Shown here piece by piece: positions 36,801 to 48,800 of a DNA stretch of 56,675 bases. A program made the translations under genes and the position numbers. Source of the DNA: Nemertoderma westbladi (lineage: Eukaryota > Animalia > Xenacoelomorpha); the NCBI GenBank assembly GCA_032718475.1, contig JAUCBJ010005530.1, forward strand, positions 1 to 56,675, written 5' to 3'. Position 1 is the stretch's first letter. Each line of letters starts with the position of its first letter. Under the pieces are notes generated by a model. That model had not been told where the DNA came from and made no database searches. It was given only the letters and a program-made list of their open reading frames with translations.

Positions 36801-39800
36801 ATTTTGCCACAATTTTTGTATTTTCGCACCCACATTAACACTTATTTACTCTTCTTACCTTGCTTTGTTTTATAAGCGATCCCTGGCAGTTGATCCTTTG
36901 TTTTAAACAATAACATTTTATCGTCTTGTTTTTTTAGGCCTCCGTACCTCTCATTACTTAATACTACAATATCATTTGCTTCAATTTCTTTTGAATTGGT
37001 GAATATCCTGATGAGAGCTAATGCTTCTTCAGAAGAAACCTAATTAATTGTAAACGAAAAATAGAAAAATATAACATGGATATCCAAATAATGGCCACAT
37101 ACTGCAGGTCTACCGGTATTCTTTAATACAAGCCACCATGGAACTTGAAATTATTACAGCACCATTTACATGAAGCTCTACTGCTATTGTCTGTCTGATA
37201 TATGGCCTTACAGCGTGACTAGGACCTACTAGGCCTTTATCTCTATCTGCTTCTTGGTTCATATCATTATTTAGGTCCTTCCTATAAGCTTCGTCGTTAT
37301 TTATTCTAATACAGTATTGTTTGCAAAATTTATTTTAATAAAAGGCCGGAAGTATATAATATATTTTTTTATAGAAAAATATTTAAATAAAAAAATGTAT
37401 TTATAATAATTTAATGCGGCCAATAAGAATAAATAATAAACATAAATATATTAAAAATATAAGATTATTAAAGACCTTATTTCGACCACCTCTCAAAATA
37501 TAGACAGACAAATTTAATTAAATATAATTTGTTCATTTAGGACCGCCAGTACCGAAGTTATACCAAACTCCATAAAAAAAGTTAACAAAATAAAATTATT
37601 AATTTATGATGTCTTTTTTATTCATTTTATAAACAATTTACTCAAAATTTCAGTGTTCACCGCCCTCGTTTCCATGGTAATGGAGAAATTGTATTTTTCG
37701 CTGAACAATTTGTAGTAATTACACTTGCAATAATAACTACCTACCTTGGCGTTAAGTCAAACAGTTCGCAATTACACAGCGCATCATTATATGCAAACCT
37801 GTTCTAGAACATTAGGCCTACATAGCAACTACTAACCGTGAAGCCAGCTGATTCCGCCCACGGTCTACCATCCAACCCATGTATAGAGGAATGCTTAACA
37901 CCCAAAACAGAAAGACGGTCGATATATCCGTACCAACTGGAATTGTACCATTTATTCATTATGTTGTAGAAATGGTTACATTTATTACACGCAGATTATT
38001 CAACCAAGGACTTACAAATTATTTTAGCTTTGTCGGTTCAGGTTGACACTTCACATAATTTCGAAGTTTAAAAGGTAAAATTTAATTTGTAACAAGTAAA
38101 CAATATTTGCTTGGCTTATTTTAAAACACAATATTGTAGCGATGTTTCATACAGTTATGTAAAACACATCCGCTGCGTCGACCTAAATGTTTATAGATTA
38201 ACAGAATCAATGAAAAGCAATATAATTCCGCATCAAACATATTGTGTGATATGTGATCTTCTATGCGATTCATTTGCCACCACCACCACCACGGTATTAT
38301 ATCCTATTGTATCGCAATTATACAAACCCGTGTAACATTCACATGAGTGCGTAATTTGTACGCGAATAAAAATAAATAAAGTTTTCTTCTGCCGTTAGGC
38401 CAGTGATTTTCGTAACAAATCTTTCGATTTATTTCCAATGCGGTCCCCCCAGAACTATACTCCCCAGAGGAAACTCCAGTATTCAAAACTACCGTGGTAG
38501 ATGTGGCTTTAGAGTGGCTTTATGACACAAAATGGCAACTTACTATAGCTGCTCACAAATGTCACGTGCTATATTTTGGTGCTAACAACAACCGTACCCA
38601 GTATTGCCTTTACAATAAGATTCTTAAAGAAAAAACTTATTGCAAAGACTTAGGTGTCACAATATCAAACAATTTAAAATTTGACAAGTACTGTCGTGAG
38701 AAGTTGCTAAGGCCTACAAAATTGTGAATATGATTTTCCGCTGTTTTTACACAAAGAATAGACAAGCCATCATGCTTGCTTATAAATCGTACGTACGTCC
38801 CTTATTAGAATATTGTACTCCTGTATGGTCCCCATTCCTGCTCACGTCTATTGACCTAGTTGAGAGTGTACAGCGGTACTTTACACGTAGACTTAACTTA
38901 AGATGCGGATTGTCACGTAATAATTACATCGACCGTCTCAACTTTCTTCCTTTGCAACCTTTAGAATTGAGACGTATTATTTTTGACCTCAAAATGGTAT
39001 TTTCCATTGAGCACAATTTAGTCGATCTTAACTTCGATGATTTCTTCCACCGGCCAACCAGACCCGGGCTCAGAGGTCACAATCATAAACTGTTTGTAAA
39101 TAGAACCAGACTCAATCAATGTAAACACTATTTTGCTAACCGTGTTGTGCCCATTTGGAACTCGTTGCCTGCTGGTATTGTTGAATCAAACAGTATTACA
39201 ACTTTTTCGCATCTCATCACTGATCACAATTTATTGGAGTTTTGTCACTTTAATCGCCATATGTAATATTTTAAGTGGTGTGTATTGTTATTAATATCAA
39301 TAATTTAGGACACTGCGGGGAGTATATGAAGGACTTATTTTCTAATTTTATTTTTTGTATTTTTACTGTATTTTTTGGTAATCGACCTCGGGGAGATGTG
39401 ATTTTTACTTACGTGTGTAATATTTACACGTGTTTGTAGTGTACGTGTGTAATGTACGTTTTACATGCCATAGTTCAACCAAAAATGGATACCATCTGGA
39501 AATCAGTTCTCTCCAGGCACCTGAAGACTAAGTTCTTTCGAGCCACAGTGGAAAGTGTATTTATATACGGGGGTGAGACCTGGACACTGACTAAATCACT
39601 TAAACAACGAATTGATGGTTGCTACACAAGACTACTAAGGACAGACCTAAACATCAGCTGGAGACAACACATGACAAACGCCGAGCTTTATGGTACAATA
39701 CAATCAACTACTGTACATGAACGCAATGAGCATGGAAGATATCATTTCCACTGTCCGAGCTCGCTCGACATTAGTAATCTCTGCTGTAAGCTCAGTGAAT

Positions 39801-42800
39801 TTACACCCTCAGGTATCTTCAGCGCCGTCCCTCACATAACTCGTCGCATCTTAAATGTAAAAATTACATAATAATTCAAACAAACTGTAATAATTAATAA
39901 TTATTATCGTTTACTAATTAGGTATTAGACTAATTGATTGATCTTGTCGTGTAACCTCCCCTCCCCTTCATCTACATGTTACATTCGTGTATATTTTAAT
40001 ACACTTTCAATCAATTGGAGGCTTTACATCTGATGTTATAATAATCTAATAAGCATAATAATAATTATAGACCTTTAATATTATATAATCATGAGTATTT
40101 AATAGACATTTCTACTGTAAACAGTTTACACCACAGCACAGCACAATGTATAAAATTTGAAGTAAATAATATTTAAATATCTGTTTAAAATAATTTACAC
40201 AATTATTTTTGATTATAATAATTAGAGCCAAATATTTAAGTAACTATAAGTTAGTTAATTGGTTTGAAATAATCTGTTAATTCATGGTCAATGTAACTGT
40301 ATGTTAGGCCTATTAAATATGAAATTTGGTATAATAATATGTATCTCTCAGCTTTTACAAATTCAAACAATTATGTAGAATAATGTTTGAGAACATAACG
40401 ACTTTATAAATAATAATATGAAGCCTTATTTACTGGTCATTCGGCACCAATACGTTATGGCTATTACGTTTATTTTGTCCACGCGGAGACTCAATTAGCT
40501 TAGCTAGTATGGGCGAATTATTTAATTAATTAATAACCAACTCCCCGCAAATAATCCCCTAGTTTACAGACAACATTGGTGCAGTTACCGGGTTGAACTG
40601 GTTCCTTGTAAACCGCGACAACAATTGCTGAAAATAAATAAAATATAAGATAGTAAATAACTATTTACTTTTAAGTCGTATAATCTAGCACTTTATAGGA
40701 CTACAGTGCGAGGCGTTTTAGAATCAGAGCGACAGAGAGGATACGAGAACTCCTGCGAGAATCGGCTGCAAAAAGCAGCTAATTGGTATTGATTCGCGTT
40801 TATTGTTTTGGTTAGAAGAGCATTAACCTGCAACCAGTTCCTTTCGCTTAATTGTTTACTCGTCAACCACACCCCATGTACTATAATGTAATACGGTACT
40901 GTAATATAATATTCTGTAATGTTTTTTTTTCCTGGTTTGTTATTTACTTCCAGCTTTTATAATTAGAGATTGAATTACCAAACATTCTATCTCATGTTCT
41001 ATAATGTATTATTTATGAGTATTAACCACGGAATTAATTGTTTTGTATTCTGAAAACAGGTAAATTAAACCTCCAATAGAAAACAAGGTTTCTACTTCGT
41101 TCACTGTTTCTTCCCATCAACCTGTAGTGTATTTTTAGACAATTTGTTGCTTCACTTTATGGAATTTTAAATGGAAAAGTGCATATGGAAAAATGTTGGG
41201 GCATATTTTGTAAAATATAATTTTTTAATAGGACTGAGGTTTGTGACCAGCTACTACTAACCTTGATTAGTTTTAATAGCTACGCCCCCGTCGTTTCCCT
41301 TTTTGAATAGAATTCCATTTCCCTCGGGTAGTTGTCTCAGATAGGTGTACTTCACACCCCCTAGGTAGACCCCGCTGGCCGCTAGAGCGGAGTAATCCGC
41401 GATTCCTGCGTTTATTTTCTTAATCTCATCGGCAGATACCTGCGAATATTATTATAAAGAAACATGCTGTCTGCAGGTCTGGAGTGCCTACATTCTGCAG
41501 TACCGGCAGTCCTTCCTGCTCAGCTTATTAGCCTAACGTTACAGATACTGAAATACTACATAACTGACTAATTATAACTGTCGCGCAAACGTAACCCAGT
41601 AACCCAAAGTGATAATAAAGATGAAGGAATGCCTGAATGTTAATAATTTTGGTTTAAGGTTACATGGCCTGAGTACGGTAACTAACGAAAAACCTAACTT
41701 ATAAAGAGTGAGCAGATTTGTATGTTGAATTTTGAGAGAATATCATAGAAATATACATATTATTAGGACTACACCTGTACACTACATAATTAAAGCAATT
41801 ATAAAAAATGTGTCCGGCAGTTATAAATGTAACTCACATTTAGTCCGGGGCTGGTGGCCCATTTTGAACCGTCGTGGCCGTGAAGGGCAGCCTCAGAAAC
41901 GTGACCGGTACCGACCAGATGAGAATCAACGTAGCTTTGCCAAGACATTGTGGAATAATTAATGTTATAGAAAATAATTAATATATAATACAGTAAGGGA
42001 GACAAACACAGAAGTTAACTAAAGTAATATGTACCTATTGGTTACTAAAATATAATTTAATTGCTTTAAATGTTGAAGCACTACAATTAGTAGGATTTCA
42101 TTACAAATTAACAGGTTATGTTAGGTAAGTCTACTGCATAGGCCTATACGAAGTTTCCGTGAAGGAGTGACATATACGTTGGATGTAGTAGTATTAATAT
42201 ATGATGGATTGGTTAATCACTATCAGTATGAGGAAGTTAGAAAAAATATCAAAGTCCACTCAAAACAAATAATACCAATAATATAATGCTGGTATATCGA
42301 AAGCAAGACTGTATGATTTATAACTGAGTGGGTTGGAATGGCTATGTTGTATGTGGTAATATGTAGGTGCAGTGTGCCGTTGATAGGTCAATAACTATTT
42401 GCTTTATACTACCATTACTAACATACAGACGAAATTAAACCGTATTTATTGGAGGTAATAACCCAAATGGGAAGGGTTTGGCTGTTTGGCTTGCAGTAAA
42501 TTATATTAAACCAGCTGACTGTTGGAAGTTAATAAGGAGATTAACGTAAAGCAATTTAGTACAAATATTCTAAGCATTCCTCCCTTTAAACATTCTGACC
42601 AATCACAACCCTTATACTCAAGCAATATCGCAGGCTATTTCCATCAAACAAGGAAACAGGGGGAAGGAAAAATGTTTTACTCAATAAATATAAACTAGTA
42701 AACTAGTGAACATAATAATTTATAACGTGTGTTGGATTTGTCACGTAGGTTTTCCTTAATTTTTTTATGTTAAATAAGAGTCTATGAGTGTGAGTGTTCA

Positions 42801-45800
42801 GTCCAGTTCCAGAGCTGTGTTTAAAATATGGTTAGTATTTCTCAATATCAGATAATAGGCATTATTCCAATAAGCTATTTATTGTGTAACCATAAACACA
42901 TTCCCATTGAAGATTGAATGTCGCATTAAGGCACGTGATCCACTGGCAACACAACACACGTCGTATGTCATAAGTCGTTTTCAGATTTTGTCTGATTCCG
43001 TATGTCAAAAGTATAGCTCATCCCGTGTAGCACTGGTATGTCATTAGTCTTTTCTTAAAAATTATAAGATGCGTCTCCCATTTAAGGGAACACTTGAACA
43101 TTTAATGGCTTGCTGCTACCCAAAGTAACCAATCAAAGGCATCTTGCCAGAAAGAACCCATGCCATGGGTCGTATGTTAAAAATGGAACATGAGACAATC
43201 ACTTTCGACTCATGGGTCGTAACAAACGACTTATGGCATGGAGCTGCTCCCATTGAAACCAATGTGTTCCATAATTTATTTCGACTTATGACTGACCAGT
43301 GGACCACGGGCCTTAGTTTCCTTTTATATTTTTAGGTGATTTATGCGAGTACGGGGGGGAACTTTGCGAGAAATACCACAACTGCGAGAATGGCGGAACT
43401 TGTTTAACAATAGAAGAAACGGAGTTTGCTTGTGTATGTCTCCGGGGTTTCTATGGGAAGGACTGCGAATTCGCTGGTATGTCTTAGTATAACACGTGTA
43501 CAGGAGGTATTGAGTAGGCAGGTAGACCTTAGCAGTTATATTAAAAAGTTATATAAAGTCGACGGCCAGTAGGTCGTAGTAGGAAGAGTTGACCGCAAGC
43601 ACCACATGTGTTTAGTGGGTTTAAAAATTAATTTATTTTACTTTGAAAACATTAAGGGAAAGGAGCATGTTACAGTCGAGCGGTAGTGTTTTCTAACCAA
43701 AACAATAAATGAACTGTACATATATCTTGTCAATTTGCGCTGGAAATCACTTTGTAAGCTTGCGGTCAATTTGCGCCACTATATATGCGCAAGAAAGCCT
43801 AAATATTCTTGAATTTTTTGTCTAAAATTTAAATTAAAAACAATTTTAAAGTAAGCCGTCTTTCACGAAAATACGTTTATTATTATTAACTTTGTTGTTA
43901 ATGTTTTTATACAGATTCCTGCAACACAACCTATGAGTACACAGCTCGGGGTCTCTTTGTATGGGAACAGACGGCACATTCAACAACAGCTGTGGCAACC
44001 TGCCCCAATGGCCAAATAGAGGAGGTGGTAGGTGACCCTTTGAGCGGGAAAGCGGTGCGGGACTGTATGCTGGACACCCAGGGGCAGCCGCGGTGGGGGA
44101 GATCGCAGACCCGGGCCTGTAACAAGGTAAGTAACTATAGAGCAAGGAAAACCGAACAGCACTAGTTCGATCCCTACTGACATCCTTTAGGTTGTTTCTC
44201 TATTGGACTGTTGTATTTGGTTAACCCGGATCGAGTAGCAGCCTCCTTAGCTTAATATTGCTGCATAAAGTTTATTATCAAACAAGTAACACACTAATTG
44301 GTAAAATGTTTATGTTTTCCAGAAAAAAATGCAAAATTTTTCATAATATATACACTCTTTTATTATCTTTTGACGTTTTTAATTTTGACTGTTGTTTGTT
44401 GGAATTGGTTATTCCTTTCGTTTAATTGGTACTCGATACATTATTATAGGCATACAATATAATGATTTTGCGCATAATTCATTTTTTATTAAATATTTAT
44501 TTTACTTAGATTGTAATTACTAAACCAATCTTTTACATTCTATCTTTCATTGTTATTAACTCATTAGGAGGTCGGAATGAATAGCACCTTTGCCAGTTTA
44601 TTTATGGAACATATTCTAAATCTCGTTGAAAATCCAAGTCGCATTGAAGCTGAAGACGTTATCGAAGTAACAGAAGCTACGGAGATCCTTCTAGAACACG
44701 CAGCGAGGAATTCTACTGTAAGTTAGGATGCATATCTACTGTAAATGCGACCACGATGGTGTAGCTGTGACCTAATAAATTCACCAGGATGTCCTATTGT
44801 ATATTTTGGCACTGATTCAAAAATGATAATTTCGCATATGCTGCTAATTTGGGTGTAAAACACGCATGGGGGGAAGCCTGTATGAAACCTACAGCTATAG
44901 ACCTGGACCTGAAGATGAAGTATGCCCTGCACCTACACCTACAGCCACAAATGCCCTGCACCTACAGCCACATAATGCCTTGGACCTACATATTTTTTTC
45001 GAAGTATACATGAAACAAGACATGAGCACATCACATGATGCAGCACATCACATGTTACATACATGACAAATGGCATTAAATGACACATGACATGATACAT
45101 AACAAATTGATGGCATGATACCTATCATGAAACTTGACACATGGCATGACATGATGCACGACCTGACACATGACATGAACATGTTATAAACGACATGACT
45201 AGACACATGGAGTAACAGATGACATGTTTCATATCAATACTTGACCATGACACATGAAACATGGCATGACATGACATGAATGACAAATTAAATATGACAT
45301 GATATGACATGTACATGACTGCATGAAACATGACAAACAAACAAACAAACATGACATAACACATAATATATTACCCATGACGCATATTATGACGACATAT
45401 ATTACCCATATCACACATGACGCGACATGGTACGACATATTACGTGACACATAGCATCACATGACATGTTACGTAACATGACACATACACGAGACTAAAC
45501 ATCCGATCACATGTTATAAAGATACAGATAGAATTACAGATTTAATTACGAGTATTTGGTTAATAAACGAGTGGAAAATATACAGGTCCAGGTCAGACAT
45601 AGATAGCCCCCCCCCCCCCCCCCCCCCACAATGGATAGGTCTAAGTTTTATATAAATTTATTAAATATGAAATATTCTATAATATTTATTTTGTGCTTTT
45701 TTGAACCAAGGTTAAAAATATAAACTATGTTAGATTAGGGTCTACTTTATCCGTCCAAATAAGCATATACAGTTTATTAATTAATTAAAGTTTAATAAGT

Positions 45801-48800
45801 AATAGTGGTAGATAACCTTAATAGTGACGAGATAGAACACAGCCTTAATCATCATATCCTACAAAACTGTAGGTCATCTGTAGGCCTATATAAAGCATAT
45901 TATTTGGATTGCCCTACCACAAACACATCATATTATAATGGAATTTCATTGTTGCAAGATTTTGCTATTAAAAAATCCAGTACCACGCTAATTGAACGAC
46001 CGGAAAATAAAGTAAATAATATGTCATTATATGTGACACGTTATCTTCGAATGGGATTGAGCAATACAGAAATTTTTTGTATTTGTGAATAAAGTTAATC
46101 TTTATTCATGAAAATGTACTTTAGGTTATAAATCAATAAAAAAGTGCTTTTGTTGAATATAAAGAACATTTTCTATTCACGCAGCTTTGTACCCAAGTAT
46201 TTCGAGTTATATCAATGCTAATTGGAGCCCCTGAGGTAAAGATAATGTCAGCTAACAGTGGTGCTGGTACTTCAAGGAGGATTGTTGAGGCTTTGTCTCA
46301 ACTAGCTGACACTGTCGCCCTCGGTGAAGACAAGGTACTCGGTAGACCAGAAGACAATCTCGCATGGCAAGTTAAAGAATTAAACCAGAAAGTCGCTCAG
46401 GATTTCGGCGTCGAGTACAGTGTACCTACAGAGAAACAGGTAAGTTAGTACTCATATACTCATAAGTTAGGATATTACTCATATATCATTATTTTGATAT
46501 GTTATATTATGTACAGTATTATTATTAATATTACAGGATATCTAATAATATTTTTTTATAGAACAATTTGTATACTCAATCACTCAGTCCACCGCCTCCT
46601 TGTTCCCCAGCTACTTACTTGTCTTGACAAATTAAATTTTAATCAATTATTATTTGTCATAATTTAAGCCTTTTTTACTATTATGATGTCCTACAATATA
46701 AATCTATTTTAATAATTGTTCTAGAATGCAGCCCGTGTCCGTCTATCGAGACCGCTACTCTCCCACCCATCTCTCCTCCCGACACTTCGATTTACTTTCG
46801 TGGCTTTCCGTAACGACAAACTCTTCCTGGGTTCGCAAACCCAAGCCAGACCCTTTTTTGGAGTTCCTCTTCTAATGGCCAGCATCCGCGGACTCCCAAC
46901 ACGGGGAATTAACGTAACTAATGCGGCCGCCTTGTTCTTCCCTATCCCTTTCCAACAGGTAATAATTATTTATTAATTGCGTACTTAACTAAAACACTAT
47001 GTACAGTAGTTCTAAATCAACTACCGATTTTGATGTGTTTGTATGTAATTTTGTATATAAGGAAGTTATTGTGACATTATACGTTAAGTATTAAAACCGC
47101 CTTCACTTTCGAATGGATGTCTTCAAGAAGAAAAAATTTCACGAATATTAATTTTAATTGCGTTAACATTTTTCCTATGATTATGAGTTTAGTTACTATA
47201 AGAGTTGGCTGTTTGTTGTACATGAGATTGTACAAAATTGTTCCATGCTAATGGGATTGATCATTCTTGTTAGGTTGAGACGCAAGCAGTCTGTTGTTAT
47301 TGGGACAGCGTTAGTCAGAAGTGGTCCAACGCAGGCATATCTAAGCGAACAAAAGAAAAGGGCATTCTGTGTACCTCTAACCATCTGACTACATTCGCAA
47401 TACTACCGGTAAGCAAGCAGTATTAAAACTCTACAAAACAACTCGTTCTATCTCATTGTAATACGTTAGTAAGTAAATAAGTCTGATTTGATGATTGATA
47501 CCAACAACGTGTTGGCAAGCTGTGTTTTTCGAGGTATTTGTTATTATACATTTATTATACAGTAGGAAGGGATTGATTTGGTGATAGAGTACTAAAGGAC
47601 TCCTCTATTTTTTTTACATAAGAAAACCCAGTAATTAATATTGGTAACAAGACATTGTATTATCTTATGTTTAACTCTAAAACAACTTAATTTTGTTTTA
47701 TTTTCTAGGAGAAGATCGCGAAGGTGGATGGGTTTACAACTCCAGCCGCTTGGCGGACCCAACCAGTTCCACAGAAGACCTCGATCCCTTACATCGGGGT
47801 CGGTATCACTCTCGCCGCTCTCAGCGTCGTTCTCATCTCCTACTCGCTGTTCGAGACAATGCGCTACGCCATAGACGGAAAGATATCCTTCAATCTCATC
47901 GTCGCCTTGTTCTTTCTGAATCTCACATTTCTGTTGGGGAATTATAATCAACAATTTGGAAATGTTATCGATATTTGTGGACTTCGTAAGTTTGTTCCTA
48001 AAGGAATTTTTGTTCATGAAAATTAAAATTTTGTTCATTATGTTATTTGATAAATTATTATTTCATTACTTAGTAAAATACCAATTATAATCTAGCAATG
48101 GATAATGTAGATTTTAAGATCAAGGCGACCACTTTTCAAAACTACAGAACTGGAAACATAATGTTACTTTATCTTTCTATCTCCTTGGTTACCTCACAAA
48201 CAGAAGATACATATACTGTATGTTTAATGCAGTATCTTTGATCAACCCTGGGTAGCTAAAGGAATACTAGAGTTTATTCTGGGGAGTATATTTCCGGGGG
48301 CCCGCATGGGAGTAAGTCGGCAGACTTTGTGCGTAATCCCTGACATAACGGCCCAAGAAAACTTTACTTTTACTTTACTTTTATTATCGAGAAAATGTTG
48401 CATTTCTTATAGGTCTTATGTATCTTATATACTAGAAAATATCTAACGTTTCACGAACACAGACACTTTGAAGACTTTATTTTATTGTTATTTTCCTCCC
48501 AGTGTCTATTATCAGTCACTACCTGACCTTGGTGTGTCTCATGTGGATCGGTTTGGAGGCGATCCATCTCTACCAGATGGTATCTCGGGCCCCGTTGCCT
48601 CCCTTACAACAACCCAACTCCTACATAATTAAATGTGGTCTCGTCGCTTGGGGTCTGCCCGCCATAGTGGTCATTATGTGCGCGTCTATTGGATTCGCCA
48701 ACTATCAAGCACGTGACATGTAGTAAGTCATTAAGTATAATAATTACGATGTCGATTAGTAAGTAATTTGTAAATATGTAGGTCTACATGTACATCCAGT

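Noticed and set aside
37005-37040. CTGATGA-GAGC-TAAT-GCTT hairpin
   Set aside because: It is the antisense of profilin B exon 2, and GAAA is misplaced
39785-39830. Possible fourth hammerhead on the minus strand (CTGAAGA TACC TGAG GGTG TAAA)
   Set aside because: No GAAA box and no convincing stem I or III
45125-45450. Cys/His/Met-rich ORFs
   Set aside because: Translations of the CATGA-rich low-complexity repeat
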